Positions 10,292 through 22,363 of a stretch of DNA of 37,467 nucleotides are shown here, piece by piece. How positions within the stretch are numbered: the stretch's first letter is position 1; each line of letters begins with the position of its first letter. This DNA is from Mesotaenium endlicherianum. Lineage: Eukaryota. The notes under the pieces are model-generated. The model was not told the origin of the DNA and searched no databases. It worked only from the letters and a program-made list of their open reading frames with translations. Made by a program: the position numbers and the translations under genes. The stretch is from assembly GCA_009602735.1 (NCBI GenBank), contig WELA01003053.1:154633-192099 (forward strand). The letters are read 5' to 3'.

Positions 10292-13200
10292 GCCAGGAGC
10301 CTACCACCCCAAGACCCACTTCACAAGAAGACAACAAGCCAAGTGAGGCGGAGACCCCCGTTGAAGACGACGTTCCAGCCCAATGAGTTTGAGAGGTTAC
10401 CTTGGAGGAGAGAAGGTCCACATCTTGGTGGATAGCGGAGCTCAAGGCAACTTCATCGTTGCAGATTTTGCCACCAAGCACGGTGTTACTATGCAAACTC
10501 TTGACCACGACGAGGAGATTATGATGCCTGACAGATTCTTCTATACTACCCCTTCTAAGAAGACGTACCCCTTGGCACTCTTTATCAAGTCCTTCAAGGA
10601 TAGAGTAGTGTTCTCCCCCATGCAATTGGGCAAGTACGACGTCATCCTAGGGACGCCTTGGTTGACCAAGCACAACCCCCAAGTTGATTGGAGGGACGGT
10701 ACTATCAAGATCAAGAATGACACCACTTCAAGAATCTGTATTTTGCGCGCAATCCAGAATATCCAGACCCAAGACATTGAGAAGCCGGCACACGAGATAC
10801 TATTGTCCGCCCTCCAACTCAAGAGACTTGTGAGGAAGGGACACGAGCTTCGTTTAGCCTTGATCACGCCAAAAGACATCAAGAAAAGCCATCGAGAGTC
10901 ATGAAGCCAGCCCCCTTCCCAAGGAAATACAAGAAGTCTTAGAGGACTACAAAGAAGTATTCTCCCCGAAATTGCCCAAGGGCTTACCCCCCAAGAGATT
11001 CGTATACCACAAGATAGAGTTGGAGCCCGGAAGCAAGCCCATCTCTCGGCCTACGTTCAAAATGTCATACACGGAGCTAGACAAAGTCAAAAAGCGAATC
11101 AAGGAGCTACTGGAGCATGGCTTCATTCGACCTAGCAAGTCGTCATTTGGAGCCCCGGTGCTATTTGTCAAGAAGAAAGATGGTACCTTGAGGATGTGTG
11201 TGGACTATCGCGCCCTCAACAAGATCACCATCAAGAATTGATACCCGCTGCCGCGCAAGGATGAGCTCATGGACNAAGGATGAGCTCATGGACCAGCTGG
11301 TTGGAGCCAAGTACTTCACGAAGGTGGACTTGAGAAGCGCCTACCACCAGATTCGCATCGTTAAACTTGACACAGATAAAACGGCGTTCAGGACAAGATA
11401 TGGACATTTTGAGTTCATGGTCCTGCCATTTGGCCTCACCAACGCGCCAGCAACTTTCATGACTGTGATGAGCATCATATTTCAGCCCATGTTGGACAGA
11501 TTTGTGGTGGTATTCATCAATGACATCCTTATCTACAGCAAGACCTTGGAAGAGCAAGCGAGACATTTGAAAGAAGTCCTCGAAGTATTGAAGCAAAACA
11601 AGCTATTTGCAAAGGAGTCAAAGTGCGAGTTTGCCAAACAAGAAGTGGAGTTCCTAGGTCTCCACATGACTGCTGATGGCATCAAGATGGACCCCAAGAA
11701 GACCACGGTGGTGGAGGAATGGCCAACCCCCACAACCAAGAAAGAACTCCAATCATTCTTGGGATTTGCCAATTGGTACAGGAGATTCATCCAGAGCTTC
11801 TGGCTCATAGCAGCCCCCCTCACGGATCTACTTAAGAAGGACAAGCCATATGCTTGGACCAAGAAAGAGGAGGAAGCATTCCAACAGCTGAAGCAAAGAT
11901 TGACGACATCCCCGGTGCTCACACTCCCAAGTCAAAATCCAGATTGGCCCTTTCACGTCATCACCGATGCATCTTCCTCTGCAATAGGAGCAATCCTGCT
12001 TCAAGACCAAGGCAAGGGACTGCAGCCCATTGCCTACGAGTCAAGGAAGCTAAATCCGGCAGAGCAAAATTATACAACCACGGAGCGAGAGGCATTGGCG
12101 ATTGTACATGCCTTGAAGGTTTGGCGCTGCTACGTTGAAGGACGCAAGGTGCTGGTCACTATGGACCACGAGGTGTTGAAGCACCCCCAGACGCAGCCGT
12201 ATCTCTCAAGGAGACAAGCAAGATGGAGTGGATACTTGCAACAATACAACATCACGATTCAGTACCAGCCCGGCAAGACAAACCCGGCTGACCCCCTCTC
12301 AAGACTGCAATTAAACGCAGTGATGATNCAATTAAACGCAATGATGATATCCCTGAAGACAAATCTGGAAGCTCGATTTTCAGCCGCCTATGAAAGAGAT
12401 CCTTATTACAAGAACGGAGAAGCAGCCTTGGACCCATACAAGAAGCAAGAAGGCAATTATTGGGTGAGGCAAGACACGGGCCAGAGATGTGTTCCTGAGN
12501 AGACTTAGACCTCCGGCTCTTGCTTTTACGAGAAGCACACGACAACCCTCTTGGAGAACACTTCGGAATCCTAAAGACCACGGGCGTTCTAGCCGGTTAT
12601 TATTGTTGGCCAGGCATGTCTAAGCAAGTCAAGGAGTACTGCAAGAGCTGTGACACATGCCAAAGAGTCAAGCCATCATCACAAAAGGCAGGAGGACTCC
12701 TCCAACCTCTACCAATCCCCGAAAGACAATGGACGGACATCTCAATAGACCTTATCATGGACCTGCCCGTGACACCTCGAGGCCATAATGCAATACTCAC
12801 GGTGGTGGACAAACTTACGAAGATGGCTCATTTTATTCCCACGACAACTGAGGCTACAGCACCACAACTTGCAAGACTCATCTTTGACAACATCTTCCGA
12901 CTCTATGGACAACCATCAAGAATTGTGTAGGATAGTTATCCAAGATTCACAAGCCATTTTTGGAAACATCTCTTCAAGAACTTGGGTACATCGCTGGATA
13001 TGTCCACTGCCTACCACCCGCAATCAGATGGGCAAACCGAGCGTATGAACTGTAACCTAAAGACCTCTCTAAAGGCCTACATGTGGACTCTGGAGCAAGA
13101 CTGGGACATGTACTTGACCCCCTTGGAGTTTGCCTACAACAACACGACGCAGGCCTCTACCCGAGAGTCCCCATTCTTCCTCAACTATGGCTTCCATCCG

Positions 13201-13911
13201 ACCACGCCACTGAGCTCCACGGTTGGCCATGATGAAGTACCTGCAGCAACAAATTTTATGGAGACATTAGAAGCGGCCCTAGCAATAGCGAAGAAAGCTC
13301 TACAACAGGCGCAAGATGCTCAAGCAAGAGTCGCAAACAGATCCAGAAGAGAAATCACGTTCAGAGTGGGTGACAACGTGTTACTATCATCCAAGAATAT
13401 TTCCCTGAACAACAGGCCTGCCGGCAGCAAGTTCTCTCCCAAGTATTTGGGACCCTTCAAGATTATCCAGCAAGTTAACCCCGTTGCTTTCAAGCTAGAA
13501 CTTCCCCTAACTATGCACATCGACCCCGTATTCCACGCTTCCCTCTTCAAGCCATATGTGCAACCCGACAACAAGTCCCCAGGACGAGTGACAACTCCAC
13601 CAGCCCCAACAATAATGGATGATCATTTGGAGTACGAAGTGGAAGACATAGTGGCTATGAGAAATTTCAGGAGACAGCAGCAATACTTGATCAAGTGGAA
13701 AGGATATCCAGATTCTGAGAATAGTTGGGTGGCGGCGCACTACCTTGACAAAGTTCAGAGAAAGCAGCAACGCTTCCATGCCGCCAATCCCCATCTTGGA
13801 CCAGCCCCAAATCTCTCTACTAGACGCCCAAAGACTTCAGGGAGGCAGCCTGCCACCATCAAGAAGCAGCAGAAGACCCCTTGGAGGCAGCCTGCAAGAA
13901 CCACAAAATGA
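10270..13911 (+). pseudogene. pol: A1 pol (protease, RT, RNase H, integrase, chromodomain), disrupted
   Basis: LVDSGA protease; [16 protein letters not shown] (catalytic D to N); [26 protein letters not shown]. Confidence 0.92.
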
Positions 13912-14531
13912 AAAAAATGACATTAGACACTTTTCTCTTCTCGCAGTTTGTGGACAGAAAACTAAAAATGCTACTGTTGATAGGTCTCTACATATTAAAT
14001 TCTGAAATTTTACTTGGCTGTAGTGTATAAGTAGCCAGCCATTTAGAAACCAAGTTTGCTCAATTTGGAGCTCTGGTAAGAGAGATATGATGCTTTGAGT
14101 AGAAGGGAGTCAGGCTGCTGGCATTAGTAGGGCAGAATATGCCTTCTGACATTGTCCCTCCCCTGAACTTGGAATGCTATGAAACTCAAGACTCTGGTAG
14201 TACATCTTACAGCGCCCATTTAGAGACTTACTTTGCAAAATTTGGAGAAGTATAGAAGGACTCATGATTTTCAGAAGTTTCTGCACAGATTTGGAGGAGT
14301 GCCTACTCTCTCAGCTCGCAACGACACTCCAGAAATTAGAATGCTCTCAAATTTGATGACTCGGTAGAATTCTCCAACGCGCTCCGTCTGGCATTGGGAT
14401 TTTTAGATTTGGAGCAGTTCTCTGGACGGTATGAATTTTGAATTCGTGGCAGATTCTGGGCCAACTTGTACAATTATCTTCATCATCAAGGAGTAGGCTA
14501 GCCAATAAGGTCACACCACCCACGACCTTGC

Positions 14532-14661
14532 CTAGTCTACCTTACATGTGTAGCACCTGACTTGGCGCCTTTGACTAATCCTCTTCACATATGTGGCATC
14601 TGACTTGAAGCTGTTGACTAGTCTGCTCCACATGTGTAAGATCTGACTTTACACGCCGAGA
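14532..14661 (+). repeat. Three ~43-bp imperfect tandem repeats before the A1 PPT
   Basis: CTAGTC..ACATGTGT..CTGACTT..GA x3; also present inverted in A2 (~25870-26000). Confidence 0.8.
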
Positions 14662-14677
14662 CGTCGCTTTTTCTGTC

Positions 14678-14687
14678 GGGGGGGTGA
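14678..14687 (+). promoter_or_regulatory. A1 polypurine tract
   Basis: GGGGGGGTGA abutting the 3' LTR. Confidence 0.85.
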
Positions 14688-15182
14688 TGTAGTGATTTGA
14701 GTTATAATATATTAGTTTGCATATGTTTTAATGCTTTTGAATATATTTGGAGTAGTATTGTGTGCAGTCAAGTGTGAATAGATACTCTAGTGACTTGGTT
14801 CATGTCCTTTGAAGGCATTTTCGAAGTTAGAGGAAGGACCTAGAAGAACTCCATGGGGCAAAAGCCAAATGTGCCATTTTTAGGTCAAAAGGACATGTGT
14901 ACATTATTCTAGAAAGAGGTGGCAAGTTTTGGGATGTGTTGGGTGCCAACACATCAACATGCACCTTCCTAGATATTACTTATGTAGCAAGTATATAAAC
15001 AAGAGCTAGAACATAGAAAGACATTCCAGAATCACTCTTGTACGTGTCGAATTCCAAAAATATATTAACCTTCAAGAAGTCATCTCTCTTTCAAGAAGCT
15101 ACCACTTGTGTTCAAAGATCCTTGTCTTGAATAGATAAAATATTATATTTCACAAAGTACTTTATCTATCTGTTTCACTTCA
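14688..15182 (+). repeat. A1 3' LTR
   Basis: Direct repeat of 8557-9058 with substitutions and a short deletion. Confidence 0.93.
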
Positions 15183-16271
15183 TTAACGACCGCCGACTTA
15201 TCTCAGCAAATTTTGCGAAGGTTAGACGTGGTTCATTGTGACACAGATTATTGCAGGATAAATAGTTGCAAGTTTTGTAATCTAGGTCTTGCATTTGTTG
15301 ATAGAAGAGCTTATGCAGCTTGCACAGCTTTGTACCTGTTTACGTCGGGCTTCAACAAGGCCGCCACTAGCCATTCATGCAAGCACATTATGGCAAAGAG
15401 CAACTAATAGAAGCTGACTACAGAACAATGCAAAGAATTGCTAATTGACCCAACAATGACCAAAAAAAAAATATGCTAGACATTGCTACCATGGGTCGTA
15501 GAAAGACATAAGAGCTGCAGAGCTAAGCTGTGTAGAAAGGCCAGCTCCGGCTAAAAGCACCGAGAAAACTATTATTGCTATAGCAAGATCACTTCTATTT
15601 TTGCGACAGCAAAGAAATGAGCATATTGCATCCAATAGTGTTGATTAGTGCAAGCCTAGAAAATTGTGCAGGGGGTGCTTAAATACTATGTCAAAATGAA
15701 AGGCAGATTGGAGAGTTGGGTTTCAAGCAGCATGAGGCACGACACAAATTTCTAGTGAACAGGGCTCCAATGCTTCAGCCAATGTAGATAGCTGATTGAA
15801 GTTGAAAGAAAACACTCGTTATTTTGAAGCATTCTTGCTGTCCCTACCTTTCTATCTGCCAGGTGTACTTACTTCCATGCAAGATCGTGCCTAATCTCAC
15901 TCATCTAAACTAAAGCTCCATTGTGAAAGAATATCCTGTAAGCAATGCACCAGCTCACTGAGGGTAACGTTCACATCATGAAGAAAGCTCCAAGAGCTAT
16001 CATTGTCGTAGAAAGCCGAAGCCAAATTTGATGTACTACAACGTCAATCTTCTTTAACAGCGGCTAACTTAGTTGCTCGACACCTCCTCAACCCCCCCCT
16101 TACCTCGCTCTTTTTCCTCCTCGCCCAAGCTGACCTCCCGTAACTGACCGGCTGACTGACTGGCAGCAATAAAAAGAGGCCAAAAACTGCAACTGTGCAG
16201 ATCGTGCGCGGCAGGCGGCCACCTCCTCTACGCCGCACACCCCCACAGCATCCCCTTGCTTGGAATGCTGC

Positions 16272-17360
16272 TCACTCAGGGGCCTCTGGCACCACCGGGC
16301 GTCTGCCGGCCCTGTCAATGAACCCTCTAGCCCTGGCGCGTGGCAATCGCACGCATCCTGATTTCCTATACACGGCATAGCTTTCGATCAGAAGGGACAG
16401 TGGCAAGAAAAGCTGAGCTCTGCCTTGTTGTCAAGAGTGAACATACCTTCTACGGTCGGCAGCATATCACACAGCTGTTGATGTGCACCCGTCGCATCCC
16501 TAGCCCACGTCACACCACGCAGTCGGGGGAGCCTGCTTCTCAAACTCTGCCTCATGGCATTCCACCTGCAGATCTCTAAAATGTGTAAGGGAGGCAAGGT
16601 TCACCCACGTCGGCGCCTCGAACGACTCAAGCTCCAGAGAGCGCACATCGGGCGTGTGCTTGAACAAGTCAAGGTGCATCTGGATTGCTGAAGAACCAGA
16701 TCCCTGCAAGCCATGGCAGCTCCACCACCCCCTTGGAGCTGTTCTGCATTAAATCTATCCTCTTTCACGACCACACAGAGCGCCTGCAGAGAGCTCATGA
16801 TTGCCAGGGAATTTGAGAAGGGCCTGCTGGCCTCGGAGGTCACAGCAATGGCGCCCTCATAGCTCCCCACTGACAAACTAGAAAAGTGATCGAGCTCGCT
16901 TAGCCACGGGGGCAGCACTTGCTTCAAGGCCTCGCTTGGCAGTGTCAGGCATAAAGACCCCAGTTTGGCAGCGAGCTCTTGCTGCTGTTGCTGCTGCTGC
17001 TGAAGGCTGACAATGGTGCAGCTCAGGGGTACAAAGCAGCGCTTGTCAGGTCGACCCACGTCGTCAACTCGATGGTACATATATCGCCAGTCATGACAAA
17101 GGTGCTCGAGGTTGGTGAGCCTCCCAAAGTCCAGCCCCTCCAGGCGGGCGTGTTTTACTTGCCAGGTGGTGGTTTGAGAATCATCTGAAGCATTGTCAAA
17201 CATAAGGTTCACACCCTCCAAGCTGGTCGTCCTCACGAGGAAGTAGGCGAGGCTATGAAAATCTTCCTTGTCGAAATTCATCAAAAAGTCGATATGTTAG
17301 CCGGGGCTTCTCCATCCTGGCAAGTGCTCTCATAAGCTTGGTCACCCCAAATTGGTGACA
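16272..17360 (-). pseudogene. F-box/LRR-like pseudogene, copy 2 (inverted paralog, 5' end cut off by B0)
   Basis: WQVKHARLEGLDFGRLT, LTLPSEALKQVLPPWL and APTWVNLA match copy 1; frameshifts and an internal deletion; 3' UTR similarity extends to ~16155. Confidence 0.85.
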
Positions 17361-17365
17361 TTGCA

Positions 17366-18132
17366 TGAAATGAATTGACTTACCAATAGGCAATTGACAA
17401 TTAATAAAAGATCTTTAAATCAGCAAGTAACCTTTATGGTATTTTTTGTTATCTGATTAAACAGCAAAAGACAAACGTACAAGCGGTGGACAATACTCCC
17501 AAGTCAAATGCAAGTAAACGTGCATCAATAATGCAATCGATAAACTCATACATAAGCAAGGCTAGAAGACAGTGCGTATCAATGGCTTCTCACCTTGAAT
17601 GGCTTCTCACCTTGGATTCAGATATCTCTCAGTAAGCGGTACAAGAGAGTTGGCCTCGTTTTCGAATGCCGAACTCGAGAGCAATACCTAGCATATGTAC
17701 ATGGAATGAGTTTACTGCTCAACGGCAAGTGCGATGGCACCGCCTACCCGGGAGTTAACCACGTAGGTAGGACCTCGACTAACCAAGTCCACAGCCATCT
17801 CCCATCATCCCAAATCGCCATCCACCTTAAGGGTGTCATTTGGCCACTCATCTAGCACACGACACTTAGATGCATAGCTAGGCAGTTCGCTGCTGCCGAG
17901 TACGGCAGCTAGCTGACTGTCAAAGAATGTGTTAGCACGCTGACCCAAGTCAATAGGCTGACCTAATTGACTTCAGCTTGCTACTCTCGGCTGAGTCAAT
18001 TAACTAAGTATTAAGTATCCAGCAGACTTAAATTCAGCAAACCAAAAATTAATTAAAGTTCAGCAGGTTGAATTCGTTTAACTATTATATTTAAATGAAT
18101 ATTATATCTATCCAATATACTGATTCATTACA
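17366..18132 (-). repeat. B0 3' LTR
   Basis: Minus strand TGTAATGAATCAG...ATTCATTTCA; internal 17-bp tandem duplication at 17581-17614. Confidence 0.9.
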
Positions 18133-18147
18133 ACCCCTCCAACTTAA
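18133..18147 (-). promoter_or_regulatory. B0 polypurine tract
   Basis: TTAAGTTGGAGGGGT directly before the LTR TG. Confidence 0.8.
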
Positions 18148-18242
18148 ATTGTTGTTGACTCGACTTTACTTCTATATTATTTACAGCCAAGTAACACACA
18201 TGCAACACAACCAACTGAATCGAAAACAAAGACAAAAGCAAA

Positions 18243-18634
18243 TTAAGTACCAGGGGCTTGATCTTCTGGGGAGCGAGACCTCGAACTGGATCTTTTTCTC
18301 TTGTCTGATGGTCTCCTAATACCTGGAGGCTCAGACCAGGGTGAATCGAGGGGTGAACGCAGCAACTGGGCAGCCTGCTCTTGCACTGTCTGCAAGTTGA
18401 TGGAGACCGCTCTCTCCTGTGCAGCTCTCCAACTGACAGGCACATACACTGGCATACCGGAGGGGTGCTGCATGACATGGGCTAATGGTACATGCCCTCT
18501 ATGAGGGGGAGGTGCTGGTTGCCCTCTGGCTGCCTCCTTGGCAGCCACTCTGTTTGCCCTGTCTGACTGAGTCTCACCTCCTCGGGTGGGACTCCTCCTG
18601 CTGAAACTTCCTAGCCACTGAAGATCTGGATCTC
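18243..18634 (-). CDS. C-terminal ~130 codons of the family B extra ORF (ORF3), truncated by the B1 LTR
   Basis: Open frame DPDLQWLGSFSRRSP...DKRKRSSSRSRSPEDQAPGT*, ending ~95 bp before the PPT. The first 12 aa of the track ORF come from LTR sequence. Confidence 0.65.
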
Positions 18635-19351
18635 TGTAATGAATTGGTATATAGGTAGATATAATGTTCATTTATATAGAATAGGTAATTAGGTTTAGCC
18701 TGCTGAACTTTAGTCACCATTCAGTCCGGTGGTATTTATACAATTATCAGTTTAATGACTCAGCCCAAAGCAGCAGGCTGAAGTCAACTTAGGCCAGCTT
18801 GCTGACACATTCTTTGACAGCCAGCTGACTTCCGTACTCGGTAGCAGCAAACTGCCTAGATATGCATCTAAGTGTGATATGCTAGATGAATGGCTAGAAG
18901 ACATCCTTGAGATGGATGGCGATTCGGGAAAATGGGAGATGGAGGTGGATTTGTTAGCCGAGGTCCTACCAACGTGGTTAACTCCCGGGTAGGTGGTGCC
19001 ATCGCACTTGCCGTTGAACAATAAACTCATTCCATGCACATAGGCTTGACATTGCTCTCGAGTTCGGCACTCGGAAACGAGGCCATCTCTCTTGTATTGC
19101 TTACTGAGAGATATCTGAATGCAAGGCGAGAAGCCATTGATACGCACTGTCTTCTAGCCTTGCTTATGTATGAGTTTACTGATTGCATGATTGATGTTAG
19201 TTTACTTGTATTTGACTCGCGAGTATTGTCCACTGCTAGTGTGTTGTCTTTTGCTGTTTAATCAATAAACAGAATATACCATAAAGATTACTCGCTGATA
19301 TAAAGATCTTCAGCAATTGTTCATCGCCTATTGCTAAGCCGATTCATTTCA
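18635..19351 (+). repeat. B1 5' LTR (~717 bp)
   Basis: TGTAATG...CATTTCA, followed by degenerate PBS TAGTATTGGAGC (19353-19364). Confidence 0.9.
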
Positions 19352-19384
19352 ATAGTATTGGAGCAGTTATCACAGTAGTCGTGT

Positions 19385-20910
19385 ATGGTAAGGACAAGGT
19401 CTCAAACTAGCAACTCCCAAGACATGGAGAACCAGGATAACGAGAATGTCAAAAACCAGGCTGAAAGTCATGTACCGGGAACCCGTACCTATTCTGAAGC
19501 AATGGCAGATACTGCAGCTAGAGAGGCTGCAGATGAGGCAGCTGCTATTGCCGCAGTTGCAGCACAGCAGGCTGAGGAGGAGAGCGTCAGATTAGAAGTT
19601 CAACGATTAGCAAAAGCTGCTGAAGAAGCAGAAAGAAGGGAAGGACAGCCAGCGGACGAGCGCACTGTCGAAGAACTTATGGCAAGAAGGGCCAATAATC
19701 TGAACCCACCTCCTGCTGTACAACTCAATGTGCCTCTAGGTCAAATTCGTGATCGGTTGAATGCGGCAGGAATTGCTGCTGCAGGAGCGAGAGGGAATGT
19801 TGAGGACATTGCTCAGCAAGTGAATGCCACTGCTGCTGCTGCATTTGCTGGGCTCCCACCTCAGATTGTAGATCTGGGAGTATTATTCGTGAAAATGCAA
19901 TAGCAAATGGCGAGCATGAATCAGTCCCAACAGGAGGACAAAAGAATCATGATGGCTTTGCTGCGTGACAGAGACCAACTGAGTTCTCATACCACTGGTG
20001 GTGGTGGCGGAGGGCCTAGTAAGCCTAAGCCAAAATCTCCCCAGGACTACGATCCTGAGGGAAACAAAAAGCATTACCTGATCAAGTTTCTCGCTGATGT
20101 TAAGCATTGGCTGGAGAACTACCTAGAACTGCAAGATTACAAGAAGGTCAGGCACACTGGTGCTCTACTGAAAGGCAATGCAGCAGGCTGGTGGTTGTGT
20201 TGGAAAGAAGAGCATAAGGCTCAGCACCTCGGTGACCCTACTTGGGTAGAGTTTGTCAAAAAACTGCATGAGAAGTTTGATGTCATCAATCACCAGGAGA
20301 AAGCTATCTATGCAATGATCTCCTTGACACTGAAGCAGACCACTTCAGTTGCTGAGTTTGCTCAGAAGTTCTAGGTGAACATGATGAAGCAGCCAGACTT
20401 GCCAGAGCGGTATAGGATAGCATACTTCAGGTATGGCTTGAAATCCGTAATCTCAGGTCATTTTGCTGAAAAGAAATATGAGAAACTGGCTGACCTGATC
20501 CAGGATGCTGATGCCTGGGATCAACAGCAGGTCAATCACAAGCGCCACAGTAATGCTTTGGTGTCTAAGATGTCAAAATGCCACACGGTTCCTACAATGC
20601 AATCGAAGGAGATCAGGCTGAGGACGATCCGGGTGATGAGTATGAGTATGAGTATAATGCTATGCAGTCTAAAGGGAGAGGTGGATACTCTCGAGGTGGC
20701 TATGGAAGAGGTGGTGGTAGGACTAAACCAAGACCAGCCTCATCAAAATCTGTTCGCTACCTTTGCCAGCAGTTAGGTCACTACAGAGAGCAGTGTCCAG
20801 TCAAGCACCTCCCAAAGGTCGAGAGAAAGGACCAGCCTTTAAAAGACAGCAACAGTCAGTACTCCAGTCTATTGACTGCGAGGATGCTAGAGATAGTGAG
20901 TCGTCACTAG
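19385..20910 (+). pseudogene. gag: B1 gag
   Basis: MVRTRSQ start; LKGNAAGWW; LKQTTSVAEF; RGG-rich segment and damaged knuckle (CQQLGHYREQC); in-frame TAG stops at 19901 and 20372 plus frameshifts. Confidence 0.85.
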
Positions 20911-21076
20911 CTGCCCTCGTAGCAGGTATTATGGGTCTTGCTGAACTGGATTCATTGTGCATGCCTGACAAACAGATAAAGGAGACCATCAACAATATAG
21001 ATCTCCAGAGAGTGCACACTCTATATGATCTTGTTCCACCTGATGTCCAACATTTCTTTGCTAAGTCAGGAGAACA

Positions 21077-22363
21077 ATGCGAAAGTCAAGAATAGATTTC
21101 CTACTGCATTGCATGATTGCAAGTAGGAAGGTGACGGCATTTGTTGACGGAGGGGCGTCACATACTTTTATCCATGAGGACTTAGTTAAGCGGCTAAGGC
21201 TGCCTACTGTCACCCAAGGGAATAGAAAAATATTCCTTCGAGATGCCTCAAGTATCCCGGGAGGAGTTGTAACCAAGCCTATTGAGGTCCAGTTAGGTTT
21301 TGGCATTGCAGTTCTAATTGAAACGCTTACATTTGAGGTACTCAACACTGGCTTCTATGATCTTGTGCTAGGCAGGTCTTGGTTTAATAGACATCAAGCT
21401 GAAGTGTGTTGGAGCAGAGGTACAGTTAAAGTGAGAGGAGCCAGTGATGGGCAGACTAACTTGGCACCCACCAGTGCTCTTCCTCTTGTCCTGTATGGAT
21501 GGCAAATGAAGGAAAAGAAGAGGCTTCCAGAAGGATGCAAGTTGCTGAATGCAATGGAGTTCGTCAAAAGCTGGAACCAAAAGGAAGACAGAATGTTCTG
21601 TCTGCTGCTAAGAGAGGTACGTCCTCAACCTGAAGAAGGGGTTGAGAAAAAGGTAAGCCCTCCGGAGCACCCTACTGCTGCAAAAACTGTTGCTCAGTAT
21701 ACTGATGTTTTTAATATGCCTCCAGGACTGCCCCCTAAGAGGGAAGTAGATCATAGGATTGATCTATTACCTGGGAGTCAGCCACCTTGGCAACGTACGT
21801 ATGGCTTGTCTTATGTGGAGAGCGAGGAGTTGAAAACACAGATTGCAGAGCTTGAGAAAAATGGTTATATTTCTCCCAGTAAATCACCTTACGGCGCACC
21901 CATCCTATTTGTTAAGAAAAAGGATGGCAGTATGCGGATGTGTGTGGATTACAGAGCCCTGAACAGAATTACAGTAAAGAACCAAGTATGCTTTACCCAG
22001 GATCGAAGACTTGCTTGATACCCTGTCTGGTGCTAAGGTGTTCAGTAAGATAGATCTCAAGAGTGGTTATCATCAAATCAGAATTGCTGAGGGGGATGAA
22101 CACAAGATTGCTTTCTGCACACGTTATGGACACTATGAGCTTAATGTGATGCCATTTGGACAGACTAATGCTCCCGCAACCTTCATGGGTGCTATATAAG
22201 ACATCTTCAGGCCTTTCTTGGATAAGTTTGTGCAAGTCTTCTTGAATGATATTTTAATTTTCACTAAAGATGAAGCTGAGCATGCTGAGCACTTAAAGAC
22301 AGTTATGGACACTCTGAGAAGGAATCAGTTATATGCTAAAATGAGCAAGTGTGATTTCTTTAA
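21077..22363 (+). pseudogene. pol: B1 pol segment 1 (protease, RT N-part)
   Basis: [42 protein letters not shown]; ends at the piggyBac TTAA. Confidence 0.9.

Larger units (their letters stand above)
8557..15182 (+). mobile_element. Ty3/gypsy chromovirus LTR retrotransposon, family A, copy A1 (full length, decayed)
   Basis: TG..CA LTRs of ~500 bp, PBS, gag, PR-RT-RH-INT-chromodomain order, PPT; multiple stops and frameshifts; flanks TTACT/TTAAC are an imperfect TSD. Confidence 0.95.
17366..18634 (-). mobile_element. Family B chromovirus, copy B0: 3' portion (ORF3 C-terminus, PPT, 3' LTR), interrupted by B1
   Basis: Reverse-complement LTR homologous to 18635-19351, preceded on the minus strand by TTAAGTTGGAGGGGT. 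Confidence 0.88.

Noticed and set aside
11257..12500. Short direct duplications and indels around single N bases (11275, 12328, 12500; also 1223)
   Set aside because: Typical contig-overlap or gap artefacts; some A1 frameshifts here may not be real.
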